Below, in pieces: positions 28,746 to 38,621 of a stretch of 52,972 nt of DNA. Each line of letters starts with the position of its first letter. Position 1 is the stretch's first letter. The DNA lies in the IMG/VR virus record IMGVR_UViG_3300029373_000006; one strand, given 5' to 3'. The translations under genes were made by a program, and so were the position numbers. The notes beneath the pieces are model-generated. The model ran no database searches, had not been told where the DNA came from, and was given only the letters and a program-made list of their open reading frames with translations. This DNA is from a virus.

Positions 28746-29666
28746 ATGAGTGTAAAGGAAACCATCGTACGTTTCGGTAACAAGGCGTTGCTGCAACTTG
28801 ACAAGCATTCTCCGCAGATTCTCGTCGGCGTGGGCATCGTCGCAGGTGTGGCTGCCACGGGCTTCGCGGTATATTCCACGATGAAGCTGGATACCGTCAT
28901 GAATCATCATCAGGACAAGATGGTGGATATTTCCAAGAAGGCCAAGGAGGCCGAAAACGACGACGAGATCGTCTACGATGACAAGGCACAGAAGCATGAC
29001 AAGGCCATGGTCTATGTCGAGACCGGCGCCGAGATCGCTCGTCTGTATTTGCCGACGATCGCACTGACCGGAGTGAGCATCGCCTGTGTGCTGTCCGCGC
29101 ATCATATTCTGGACGGACGATACATGGCGGCTGCCTCGGCGTTCACGGCCGTATCCAAGGAGTTCTCCGACTATCGAGGTCGTGTTCGCAAGCAATTCGG
29201 CGAAGACAAGGAGCGCGATATCTATCAGGGCATCGTCGAAGAGGAAATCGTCGACGAAAAGACCGGAGAGACAAAGACCGTTCGCCATTACGACAAGGAC
29301 ACGATCGACCGTGACGGACTGTCCCGATATTTCGACGAATACTCGATGTACTGGGATAAAACAAATCCTGATCAGAACATCGCGCATCTTCGTTCGGTCC
29401 TGCATCAGGCGAATGACCAGCTGTATGCCAATGGTCATCTGTTCCTTAATGATGTATATCGCATGCTTGGTATCAATGATACCAAGGAAGGTGCAATCCT
29501 GGGATGGATCGTCGATGATAAGCATCAGAACACCTACGTCGATTTCGGCGTGTATGGAGTGAACAGCGACGATCCATGGGATTACAACAACGCCGAACCA
29601 TGGGATGGCAAGCTTGGCATCCTGCTGACGTTCAACGTGGATGGCATCATCTACGACAAGATCTGA
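28746..29666 (+). CDS. Two-TM membrane protein; paralog of the 26031..26777 gene.
   Basis: The ATG at 28746 follows 'aaagga'. The two products are visibly similar. Confidence 0.45.
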   Translation: MSVKETIVRFGNKALLQLDKHSPQILVGVGIVAGVAATGFAVYSTMKLDTVMNHHQDKMVDISKKAKEAENDDEIVYDDKAQKHDKAMVYVETGAEIARLYLPTIALTGVSIACVLSAHHILDGRYMAAASAFTAVSKEFSDYRGRVRKQFGEDKERDIYQGIVEEEIVDEKTGETKTVRHYDKDTIDRDGLSRYFDEYSMYWDKTNPDQNIAHLRSVLHQANDQLYANGHLFLNDVYRMLGINDTKEGAILGWIVDDKHQNTYVDFGVYGVNSDDPWDYNNAEPWDGKLGILLTFNVDGIIYDKI

Positions 29667-29734
29667 TCCGGTGATATTTTTCGGGACGGTCATCTTCGTG
29701 ATGGCCGTCCCATTCGTTCAATCAAGGAGCATCC

Positions 29735-30670
29735 ATGAATATCAAGACCATTGGGTTCATAGCGGGCGGATTCGCCGCAGGAGCCGCGACGGCGACCGCC
29801 ATATTCTACTTCGGGGTGTACAAGCGTTATATTCCGCTGAAGGACCTCGAGCAAGAGATCGCCGGTCTGGAACGCAAGAAGTATGAGCTCAATCGGCAGT
29901 TCAAAGACAACCACGAGAAGTTCGTCAACGTCAAGCGGTCGACCGACGAGGCCATTAGGCGCAAGGAGCAGGAGCTTGACTTCTATGACGATCAGATCAT
30001 CGAGGTGAAGAAGGAATGGGAGGCCGTCAAGGCTGCCAAGACGTATGGCGATCCCAAAGTCACCGAACAAAAGGATATTCCAGACGATCCCGATGACGAA
30101 CGTGGTGATGAGCTCGATGATGACCCTGTGGACATCGACGCCGACGAACCGGATCGGGATAATTTTATCATCGATGACGGTGTTCCGCGATGGGATGGTC
30201 CCCTTACCGATGACGAACAGCGTCAGTATGACGAGGCGAACGGGGACGAGCGCGTCGAGCAATCAATCCTCATGACGATCAAGGCGCGTCGCTGGCATCA
30301 GTCCATCGACCATGACGATCCGAGCTACCAGATCTCCGAGGAGGATCACGAGAATGCCCCGTGGTTCATCGATACGGAGAATCTCGATTACTGGGAGGAC
30401 GATGACGTGCTTGCCCGAGGAATGGAGATCGTTCAGGACCCGGATGCCATCATCAACACTATCGTGCTCAACAAGTTCGGAAGATCGTCGCAGACTGGTG
30501 ATCCTAACGTCGTGTGGTGCAGAAATGATATTCTGGAGACCGACTACGAGATCACCCGGCATGACGGATCGTACCAGCACGAGGTGCTAGGCATTCCTGA
30601 AGAGGAGTTATACCGACCAAAAAAAGCGGTTCAATTCAACTATAGCGGCCGAAATGGAGGAGGTCAATGA
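29735..30670 (+). CDS. N-terminal TM, coiled-coil, highly acidic protein.
   Basis: 311 aa preceded by a 'caaggagcatccatg' RBS. Confidence 0.4.
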   Translation: MNIKTIGFIAGGFAAGAATATAIFYFGVYKRYIPLKDLEQEIAGLERKKYELNRQFKDNHEKFVNVKRSTDEAIRRKEQELDFYDDQIIEVKKEWEAVKAAKTYGDPKVTEQKDIPDDPDDERGDELDDDPVDIDADEPDRDNFIIDDGVPRWDGPLTDDEQRQYDEANGDERVEQSILMTIKARRWHQSIDHDDPSYQISEEDHENAPWFIDTENLDYWEDDDVLARGMEIVQDPDAIINTIVLNKFGRSSQTGDPNVVWCRNDILETDYEITRHDGSYQHEVLGIPEEELYRPKKAVQFNYSGRNGGGQ

Positions 30671-31203
30671 CCAGTAATTCATCGCCATTTTTCAACGCAT
30701 CGTATATTCAATGGCTACGTCGTCGTGTGAATTTCGATGAATACGTCGATCTCAGCATGTCTCTTGCGGCCATACCATTCCATTCCAGTGTCATGATGGA
30801 TCGGAATCGGATATCCGACGGCGAGTCGTTACGTGATGTATACACACGCCGAACCGGATATTCGTTGGTTAGCGGTATTCGAAGATGCTCGGTCCTTGAG
30901 TTCCTCGTCGCCTTGGCCGAACGGGTCAACGATGTACTGGCCATCGTCCCGGTCGACGCGGCGTTCTCCATGTTCCTCGAAAACATGGATCTGACACGAT
31001 GCTCGGATGACTGGTTTCTCAACCAGAGAGATCCTGAGTGTTATATTCAGGACCGATGCGACATCATGATGGATCGACAGTACCGACCTGACGGATCGGG
31101 CGGCGGACTCTTCATCGTTCATGATGACAAGGATATCCGCCCATCCGAATGGTGGTGGCAAATGCAATATTGGCTCAACGAACAGTATATCCCCGATATG
31201 TAA
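30667..31203 (+). CDS. Hypothetical protein.
   Basis: It overlaps the upstream stop. 178 aa. Confidence 0.35.
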   Translation: MTSNSSPFFNASYIQWLRRRVNFDEYVDLSMSLAAIPFHSSVMMDRNRISDGESLRDVYTRRTGYSLVSGIRRCSVLEFLVALAERVNDVLAIVPVDAAFSMFLENMDLTRCSDDWFLNQRDPECYIQDRCDIMMDRQYRPDGSGGGLFIVHDDKDIRPSEWWWQMQYWLNEQYIPDM

Positions 31204-31214
31204 AGGAGGCGAAG

Positions 31215-34097
31215 ATGGATCAAGTGCAGGTGCGTGTCAAAAAGACAAACAAGGGCCATGAATCCATATTCGCCGATCCGAAGATGCGAGGGTATCGCGA
31301 TCTGCTCGTCAAAGGCGGGTCGTTTTATGCGGTGTTCGATCCGGATAGTCATCTCTGGTCACAGAACCTTCAACGCCTTGGCGAGCTGATCGACCGTGAT
31401 ATTCAGGAGTTCGCCGACTCGTATGAGTCTCCAGACGGTAATGAAGCGACCTGCATGCTTATGCAGAACACCTCCAATGGTTGCTGGAACAGGTATATTT
31501 CCGGACTGCGCAATCTGGCCGACAGTGATGCGGTGCTCAATCAGCGAATCATATTCGCCAATGACACTCCGAAGCGCGAGGACTACGCCACCGTGCAACT
31601 GGAATACGCGATATCCGAGGGAGACACCTCGGCATACGACCGGCTCATGAATACGCTGTATGCCCCATCCGAACGCGAAAAGCTCGAATGGGGCATCGGC
31701 GCCTTGGTCGACGGTAATGATATTCAACGCATCCAGAAGATGTTCGTCATCTACGGTGATCCAGGAACCGGAAAGTCGACGATTCTCAATATCATCGAGA
31801 TGCTCTTCCCTGGATACATCGCATATTTCAATGCAGAGGAACTCGGCAAGGGATACCAATTCAGTACCGCGTCCTTCAAGAACTCTCCGCTCATCGGTAT
31901 CCAGACCGATGGCGATCTGAGTCACATGTGGGACAACACCCTGCTTAATCAGATCGCTGCGCATGAGAAGATCGTGGTCAACGAAAAAGGTGTCAAACAG
32001 TACACCGTTCCGCTGAAGACGATGCTATTCATGGCAACGAATAAGCCGGTGAAGATCACTGACGCCAAGTCGGGCATCACAAGGAGACTGATTGATATTT
32101 ATCCGACTGGCAACACGTTGAAACCGGATGATTATTTCGACTGCATGAAACAGATCGGATTCGAATTGGGTGCCATTGCCTATCATTGTCGTGAGGTCTA
32201 CAGGAAGCTCGGGGTCAACCGATATTCCCAGTATCGTCCAACGGAGATGATCGCCAAGACGAATGATATTTACACATTCGTTCAGGACAACATCGACCTC
32301 ATGGACATCGATGAGCCAGTGCGTCTGACCGATCTGTGGCGTGCATACAAGGAATGGTGCGAGGAAGCCCACATCACCGACGTCATGAAACGCTCCGAGT
32401 TCATGTTCGAACTGGCTTCATATTTCGAGAGCATGGATCGAGGGGCGAGCAAGGCAGTTACCTATCATGGATTTCAACGAGACAAATTCGAATCGAGAAT
32501 CGTTGACTCTTCTGACCGACATGCTCGAACATCTGACGACCATGTCTCGTGGCTTCGACTTGCTAAAACGGACAGTCGATTCGACGAACTCTGTCATGAT
32601 TGCCCTGCGCAATATGCTAGAGACGACGAAAGCGGATCCCCGGTTGCCAAATGGGCCCAAGTCAGCACCACACTCAAAGACCTCGACACCAGTCGACTTC
32701 ATTGGGTTAAGGTCCCGGAAAACCACATCGTCATCGACTTCGATATTCGAGGAGAGGATGGCGAGAAATCGCTTCAGGCCAATCTCGAGGCGGCCCGCAA
32801 GTTCCCTCCGACCTATGCCGAGGTGTCCAAGAGCGGACAGGGATTACACCTCCACTATATTTACGATGGAGATGTATCCCGACTCAAAAACCTTTACGAC
32901 ATCCATGTCGAGATCAAGGTTTTCCGAGGCAATTCGTCGCTACGGCGTCTGCTCTCACGGTGCAACGATCATGAGATCTCCCATATTTCAAGCGGCCTTC
33001 CGTTGAAAGGAGAAAAGTCCGTGATCAATCAGAAGGAACTCAAGGACGAACAGCATCTACGCAATGTCATCAAGAAGGCTTTGCGCAAGGAATGTTGTCC
33101 TGGGACCAAGCCGAGCGTCGAGTTCATCAAGAAGCTCATGGACGAGATGTATGAGTCGGGTAAACCATACGACGTCACCGACATGCGCAATGAGATATTT
33201 GATTTCGCTTTGCGGTCGACGCATTGGTCGGATTATTGCATCGTTCTGGTGAACGAGATGAAGTTCAAGTCCGATGATATTCCGAAAGGAAGTGATCCGA
33301 AGAACGCCGATATTCTCACCTTCTTCGATGTCGAGGTCTTTCCGAACCTCTTCATGGTCTGCTTCATGAAAAGCGATTCGGACGTCGTCAAGACATGGAT
33401 CAATCCTCAGCGGCAGAACATCATGACACTACTCGATGAGAATCTGGTGGGATTCAACAACCGCAAGTACGACAATCATATTCTCTGGGCGTGGGGTGTC
33501 ATGGGATACAACAACGCCCAGTTGTATGATCTGTCGATGCGGATCGTCAGCGGAAACAAGAACGCCATGTTCGGTCAGGCATACAATGCATCCTACACGG
33601 ATATTTACGACTTCTCCGCCAAGAAGCAGTCGTTGAAGAAGTGGGAGATCGAATTAGGTATCGACCATCATGAGTTAGGCATGCCATGGGACCAACCGGT
33701 TCCCGAGGACAAATGGCCGTTGGTGCAATCATATTGCGAGGATGACGTCAGGGCCACCAAGGCCGTGTTCGAGCACCTCAAGGAGGATTTCACCGCACGC
33801 CAGATGCTGGCCATGCTCAGTGGCCTGACGGTCAACGACACCACCAACACCCATACCGCACAGATCATATTCGGGAACAACAAGCATCCGCAGTCGGAAT
33901 TCAACTTCACCGACCTTTCGGATATTTTCCCGGGATACACCTTCGACCGATATGCGTCAAAGGACAAGAAGTCCCAATACATGGGCGAGTATCCTGGAGA
34001 AGGCGGATACGTCTGGGTGAACGGCATGGAGAACGGTGATGTCGATCAAGATTACAATAATATTCCGCATCCATGGGAAGTGAGAAGCAATGGGTAG
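31215..34097 (+). CDS. Replication polyprotein: P4-type SF3 helicase + AEP primase-polymerase-like domain + DEDDy 3'-5' exonuclease. It ends at an in-frame TAG.
   Basis: Walker A 'VIYGDPGTGKST', Walker B 'IGIQTDGD' and motif C 'LFMATNKP' are present, as is 'LWRAYKEWCEE'. The PrimPol-like region reads 'HIVIDFDIRGEDGE...SGQGLHLHYIY'. Exo motifs are I 'FFDVEVF', II 'YDNHILW' and III 'YCEDD'. Confidence 0.6.
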   Translation: MDQVQVRVKKTNKGHESIFADPKMRGYRDLLVKGGSFYAVFDPDSHLWSQNLQRLGELIDRDIQEFADSYESPDGNEATCMLMQNTSNGCWNRYISGLRNLADSDAVLNQRIIFANDTPKREDYATVQLEYAISEGDTSAYDRLMNTLYAPSEREKLEWGIGALVDGNDIQRIQKMFVIYGDPGTGKSTILNIIEMLFPGYIAYFNAEELGKGYQFSTASFKNSPLIGIQTDGDLSHMWDNTLLNQIAAHEKIVVNEKGVKQYTVPLKTMLFMATNKPVKITDAKSGITRRLIDIYPTGNTLKPDDYFDCMKQIGFELGAIAYHCREVYRKLGVNRYSQYRPTEMIAKTNDIYTFVQDNIDLMDIDEPVRLTDLWRAYKEWCEEAHITDVMKRSEFMFELASYFESMDRGASKAVTYHGFQRDKFESRIVDSSDRHARTSDDHVSWLRLAKTDSRFDELCHDCPAQYARDDESGSPVAKWAQVSTTLKDLDTSRLHWVKVPENHIVIDFDIRGEDGEKSLQANLEAARKFPPTYAEVSKSGQGLHLHYIYDGDVSRLKNLYDIHVEIKVFRGNSSLRRLLSRCNDHEISHISSGLPLKGEKSVINQKELKDEQHLRNVIKKALRKECCPGTKPSVEFIKKLMDEMYESGKPYDVTDMRNEIFDFALRSTHWSDYCIVLVNEMKFKSDDIPKGSDPKNADILTFFDVEVFPNLFMVCFMKSDSDVVKTWINPQRQNIMTLLDENLVGFNNRKYDNHILWAWGVMGYNNAQLYDLSMRIVSGNKNAMFGQAYNASYTDIYDFSAKKQSLKKWEIELGIDHHELGMPWDQPVPEDKWPLVQSYCEDDVRATKAVFEHLKEDFTARQMLAMLSGLTVNDTTNTHTAQIIFGNNKHPQSEFNFTDLSDIFPGYTFDRYASKDKKSQYMGEYPGEGGYVWVNGMENGDVDQDYNNIPHPWEVRSNG

Positions 34098-34145
34098 AGT
34101 TTTGAATTCCGAATCGCTGAAGATATTTGGAAAGGAGCATGCGCA

Positions 34146-35243
34146 ATGGTCGTAAAAGAAGAACATCTCGGAGGCATGTTCGGAAATGTCGGACTGCTCG
34201 ATGTCTCATCCATGCATCCTAGTTCGATCGTGGCCATGAATCTCTTCGGTCCATATACCGAACGGTTCGACGCCATCCGACAGGCCCGTATCGCCATCAA
34301 GCATAAAGACTTCGATCGATGCCTTGATATTTTCAGGAAATTCGTTCCCGAGGAACGCATCAAGGATCTCGAACCTGTGCTCAAGGGTGAGGATTCCAAG
34401 GCGCTGGCTCAGGCTCTGAAAATCGCCATCAACGCGGTCTATGGCCTGACCAGCGCCTCGTTCCCCACCCGGTTCAACGATGCGGCCAATCCGAACAACC
34501 GCAATCTCGACAACAAAGTCGCCAAACGAGGCGCCTTGTTCATGATTGCGCTCAAGCACAAGGTACAGGAGCTCGGATATACCGTGGTCCACATCAAAAC
34601 CGATTCGATCAAGATCGCCGATGTGGACCACGATATCATCGACTTTGTTACGGCAATGGGCAAGCAATACGGGTACAACTTCGAATTGGAATCCATTTAT
34701 GACAAGATGTGCATCGTCAACAAGTCCACCTACATCGCTCATTCGGCCTACGGCGAGCACTGTGGTGAGTGGACCGCTACTGGGTTGCAGTTCCAGGTTC
34801 CTTATGTCTTTAAGACCCTGTTTACCAAAGAGCCCGTCGGTCTGGAGGATTTCCGAGAGACCAAGTCGGCTCAGTCCAATATTTTCCTCGATTTCAACGA
34901 GGGACTTGGACCGGACGAGCATCATTATAGCTTTGTTGGTAAGGTTTCGGCTTTTTCCCCCGTCAAATCGGGATGCGGAGGAGGTCTACTGGTACGTGAG
35001 AACAGCCGAGGCGGTTACGATGCGGTATCTGGAACAAAAGGGTATCGCTGGAAGGAACATTCGATCATCCGAGACAATGGCCTTTCTTCAGAGATTGACC
35101 GACGATATTATGAGCGATTGGCCGATGATGCCATCGACACCATCGAACAATACGGATCGTACGAATGGCTGATCGACGAGAGTAGTCCATATTCCTCGCC
35201 GAATCCGGCATCGAACGATCTCATGAAGGAGCTGGCTGCATGA
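34146..35243 (+). CDS. Family-B DNA polymerase polymerase domain, in frame with the upstream exonuclease ORF.
   Basis: Motif A 'LLDVSSMHPSSI' (DxxSLYPS-like), motif B 'KIAINAVYG' (KxxxNSxYG), motif C 'VHIKTDSI' (DTDS) and KxY 'NKSTY'. It has its own 'gatatttggaaaggagca' RBS. Confidence 0.65.
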   Translation: MVVKEEHLGGMFGNVGLLDVSSMHPSSIVAMNLFGPYTERFDAIRQARIAIKHKDFDRCLDIFRKFVPEERIKDLEPVLKGEDSKALAQALKIAINAVYGLTSASFPTRFNDAANPNNRNLDNKVAKRGALFMIALKHKVQELGYTVVHIKTDSIKIADVDHDIIDFVTAMGKQYGYNFELESIYDKMCIVNKSTYIAHSAYGEHCGEWTATGLQFQVPYVFKTLFTKEPVGLEDFRETKSAQSNIFLDFNEGLGPDEHHYSFVGKVSAFSPVKSGCGGGLLVRENSRGGYDAVSGTKGYRWKEHSIIRDNGLSSEIDRRYYERLADDAIDTIEQYGSYEWLIDESSPYSSPNPASNDLMKELAA

Positions 35244-35326
35244 CCTGGTCTGAGGCGATCATCGTTATATTTCTGCTCGCTCTCATGCTGGTCATCAGCT
35301 GGTTCTGCGATCACCATCATTTCTAA
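35240..35326 (+). CDS. 28-aa hydrophobic micro-protein (MTWSEAIIVIFLLALMLVISWFCDHHHF).
   Basis: It overlaps the polymerase stop in an ATGA arrangement. Confidence 0.25.
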   Translation: MTWSEAIIVIFLLALMLVISWFCDHHHF

Positions 35327-35347
35327 ACACTATAAAGGAGTTCATCC

Positions 35348-35788
35348 ATGAGTATCAATTTTATTTTCGGACTGATTCTAGCCATGGTCATCGGAACGAT
35401 CATCAGTTATCTGGCAACCCAAGGAGCTGACTTTTTAATCCGTTATATTCGCAAAAGGAATCACTGTGAAAAGAACACCTATCTCAAGGATTGGCGTATC
35501 GTTGACTTTGATCCATATATTCCTGCGGTTCAGATCAACGCCGAGGAGTTAAGCGATGGTGAAGTGATGCTCGATGCGCGAGACTGGTGCAAGGAGGACG
35601 ATCGAATCGTCTTCATCATGGTCAAAACCGCTGATAAGGCGAATCTGGTGACCAAGAACGGTGTGTTTGACGCCACTGACATTTACAACAAGTTCCACAA
35701 GGAGGAGAACAATGGGCAGGAAGATGAAGACACTGATCGGACTGACGATGGCGACGATGTTGATTCTGCTGATGAAGATCGTCAATAG
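35348..35788 (+). CDS. N-terminal TM protein with an acidic C-terminus.
   Basis: It follows an AAAGGAG RBS. Confidence 0.4.
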   Translation: MSINFIFGLILAMVIGTIISYLATQGADFLIRYIRKRNHCEKNTYLKDWRIVDFDPYIPAVQINAEELSDGEVMLDARDWCKEDDRIVFIMVKTADKANLVTKNGVFDATDIYNKFHKEENNGQEDEDTDRTDDGDDVDSADEDRQ

Positions 35789-35987
35789 CATCACCTGGAT
35801 CCAAAATCATATCCTTCAGATACATGACGAATACAACAAGCTCCGCAGAATCAGCGATGATATTTACACACAAGGGTTGAGGATCACAGCATCGATCGAT
35901 GAAATCGGTGACGATCCCAATGCCGAGAAAGCTCCCGAGTTGGACGACGATCCGAACTTCTCCGACATGGATGGTTGCAATGATTGA
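35712..35987 (+). CDS. Small single-TM protein.
   Basis: It follows an 'aaggaggagaacaatg' RBS and overlaps the upstream gene in another frame. Confidence 0.3.
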   Translation: MGRKMKTLIGLTMATMLILLMKIVNSITWIQNHILQIHDEYNKLRRISDDIYTQGLRITASIDEIGDDPNAEKAPELDDDPNFSDMDGCND

Positions 35988-36242
35988 TCTGATGATTTGT
36001 TTGGGCTGTTTATACACAGCGGCTTTCATCCTTGTCGGGCTTCTGGTTTATTGGCTGGTCACGCCAACCGGCGAATGCGTCAATGACGCACCGTATCGAC
36101 ATCTGCTGTGGATCATCGAAAACCGGATTCATCGAGGCAAGCACGCCCATAGATGGACGCATCCGACCATCTGGTGGGCGGAGTATCCGCGACAGAAACA
36201 CATGCTATAATGAAGAGTTATAGTATATGAAAGGAGTCCACC

Positions 36243-36443
36243 ATGGACAAGAAAGATATGTTCACCATCGCCAGCGATGTTCTCGCGGGTACTGCCAGTG
36301 TGATCGTGATCGTTCTCGCCTATAAGGAATACAAGACGACCATGAACGATCACGAACGCATCGAGCATCTGGAGGATACCGTAAAGTGGATGGTCCAGAA
36401 CGATCTCAATCTCCAGAAGGAATCCGATCAGAGCAAGAACTGA
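36243..36443 (+). CDS. Small single-TM protein.
   Basis: It follows a 'gaaaggagtccaccatg' RBS. Confidence 0.4.
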   Translation: MDKKDMFTIASDVLAGTASVIVIVLAYKEYKTTMNDHERIEHLEDTVKWMVQNDLNLQKESDQSKN

Positions 36444-36503
36444 TCAACACTATAGGCCCGTGCATCAACGCATGGGCCTATATTTTTATGAAAGGATTGC
36501 TAA

Positions 36504-37058
36504 ATGAACATCATTGACACTATGATCAGCAACGTGGATCATCACAATGATTGTCAAGAGCCTCAGTATAGTGCCCGTATGTTTTACGATCGTTCTGGGG
36601 ACGGAATCATCACGTTCGGATGTGACATATGCTGTTCTTATACGAAATATCAATCCAGCAAAGCTGAGATCTTTGATATTCTGGATGGCACATCTCTGAA
36701 AAACGTATCGTTTGCGAGTACCGAACTCTTAACCAAAGACCAACTCGAACGTCGAAAGGTAAACATTCAGCCTATATTCGAAAGGAATAGCACCATGAGC
36801 AACCTTAGCTTTGAAATTCGCTATCGTCATGATGATTCCGTAGATCGTTTCGATGTGATCTTCCACAACGGCTCCGATGAAGCGGCACAACGACGATTCT
36901 TCGAATGCGCTGTGTCGGAAAAGGGTATTGACTTTAGTCAGAGACTCTATTATGCACAGGGAGTTTACAGGGCTCAGATCTCTTACCACTTCGAGATAAA
37001 AGATTTTGCAGAAGTGATGACTGTACTGGATACCATGAGCAAACACGAAATCCATTGA
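36504..37058 (+). CDS. Hypothetical protein.
   Basis: It follows a hairpin, 'tatattttt' and a 'gaaaggattgctaaatg' RBS. Confidence 0.4.
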   Translation: MNIIDTMISNVDHHNDCQEPQYSARMFYDRSGDGIITFGCDICCSYTKYQSSKAEIFDILDGTSLKNVSFASTELLTKDQLERRKVNIQPIFERNSTMSNLSFEIRYRHDDSVDRFDVIFHNGSDEAAQRRFFECAVSEKGIDFSQRLYYAQGVYRAQISYHFEIKDFAEVMTVLDTMSKHEIH

Positions 37059-37079
37059 TATTTTCGAAAGGAGCAAACC

Positions 37080-37247
37080 ATGAAACAACGTACTATCGAC
37101 ACCGCTCGCGAGGCGAGACTCTGGATCAGGGACATCATCGTCCCTGCGGTTGGGGTCATCGCGTTCGTCGCTCTGAACGCAGGAGCCGACGAGCGGTTCA
37201 GGTCCGTGATGGATCATATTCGCAACAGGAAGCCGGGCCGGCCATGA
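37080..37247 (+). CDS. 55-aa single-TM micro-protein.
   Basis: It follows a 'gatattttcgaaaggagcaaaccatg' RBS module. Confidence 0.35.
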   Translation: MKQRTIDTAREARLWIRDIIVPAVGVIAFVALNAGADERFRSVMDHIRNRKPGRP

Positions 37248-37438
37248 TGATGAGTCTGTATCGTGTTGTCATCAAAACCGGTCAAGATACGATCTATAGC
37301 AGTTATTCGCAGAAAGCTCCATCCGCATACGAAGCGATCCGCATTGCAGGATCGATCGTTCCCAATCTCGATGATCTTTATTTGAAATCGATAACTGTGG
37401 AACGAACGGAGTGGTGCCAATTGTTGGGAGAATGCTGA
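37244..37438 (+). CDS. Small hypothetical protein.
   Basis: It overlaps the upstream stop. Confidence 0.3.
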   Translation: MMMSLYRVVIKTGQDTIYSSYSQKAPSAYEAIRIAGSIVPNLDDLYLKSITVERTEWCQLLGEC

Positions 37439-37632
37439 TGCGTGAGGACGAACTCAACGAACTCATGGGATGCGATTGCGACTACGACGTCCATCCCCAT
37501 GATGTATATTTCAAGGACCATATGATCGTCGCCGTGTTCATCTGCACTGGTTGTGGACGGCAGGTCATGGTCGAAGGTCCCATTGAAGTCATCTACGACA
37601 TCACCGTAACCCGACACAAGCGCAAGGATTGA
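37432..37632 (+). CDS. Small CxxC...CxxC zinc-ribbon protein.
   Basis: 'GCDCDYD...CTGCGRQ'. Confidence 0.3.
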   Translation: MLMREDELNELMGCDCDYDVHPHDVYFKDHMIVAVFICTGCGRQVMVEGPIEVIYDITVTRHKRKD

Positions 37633-37691
37633 TCATGGACTTCAACATTCATATTTCACCGAAATTCCGAAAGAACAAGAAGGAGACAACC

Positions 37692-37877
37692 ATGGAAGAT
37701 AAGACCATCAACGTCAATGACGAGATTGACAAGGCGGGCAATACCGTCATGGACTTTATCGAGAAGCACCCGGAGTCGCTGATCATCGCCGCCGGTGCCA
37801 TTTTCTACGTCGGCTACAACATCGGACGTAATAAGTCGATGATGGACGTCATGCGCATCGCGGCGATGAGTGACTGA
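37692..37877 (+). CDS. Small single-TM protein.
   Basis: It follows an 'aaggagacaaccatg' RBS. Confidence 0.35.
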   Translation: MEDKTINVNDEIDKAGNTVMDFIEKHPESLIIAAGAIFYVGYNIGRNKSMMDVMRIAAMSD

Positions 37878-37887
37878 GGAGGACATC

Positions 37888-38163
37888 ATGGACCAGATTG
37901 TAACACTGCACCGGTTCATCGTGACCTATACTGAGACTTTTCTTGGAAGTTCTCCAGAGAAGGAGGAGATCTCCCATTGGTTCACGGATCTAGCCGATGA
38001 TATCGAAAACCTGAACAACCTCTTGACCGAGATTGACAACAACAATCGCAACGTAACGATCATCAGTGTCATTCGTCAGGAAGTGGACGTGCCGATCAAC
38101 GAGAACGAGATCGTGACGCTACTTCGTCATAACGACAAAGACCACTCCCGATATTCGCGATAA
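37888..38163 (+). CDS. Hypothetical protein.
   Basis: It follows a 'tgaggaggacatcatg' RBS. Confidence 0.35.
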   Translation: MDQIVTLHRFIVTYTETFLGSSPEKEEISHWFTDLADDIENLNNLLTEIDNNNRNVTIISVIRQEVDVPINENEIVTLLRHNDKDHSRYSR

Positions 38164-38207
38164 GGTCATCGCCTATAATGAAGGATATTCATAGGAAAGG
38201 AGCAACG

Positions 38208-38420
38208 ATGACTATCGAATTGCTCGACTATCAGGTCGTGGCCCTCATCCTGATCGGCGCATGTATCGGTGCGCTCGTCTGGTATATTCTCGATCTCAGG
38301 TCCGAACACAAGGACATGAGCCGAAGGGAATTCACCAAGCGGGTGTTCCGTGAATTCGCCGGTCTCAGATTCGAAGACCGCGTCGTGAAGTCGAACGACC
38401 ATAGAATCAATCTCGACTGA
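38208..38420 (+). CDS. Small single-TM protein.
   Basis: It follows a 'gaaaggagcaacgatg' RBS. Confidence 0.35.
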   Translation: MTIELLDYQVVALILIGACIGALVWYILDLRSEHKDMSRREFTKRVFREFAGLRFEDRVVKSNDHRINLD

Positions 38421-38621
38421 TTTGTCCATTAAACCATATGGGCCTGTGCGACCGACGCATGGGCCCATATTTTTCAGAAAGGAATGCCATGATCCAAGGA
38501 GCGATGCCTGCAAAAGAACATCGATCACGGCCACATCACCGATCCTAGGCCATTCGTCGATCGGGTGACCACCTTCATCACCAAGTGATATTTTAACCAA
38601 GCAAATGAAAGGAACAAAGCA

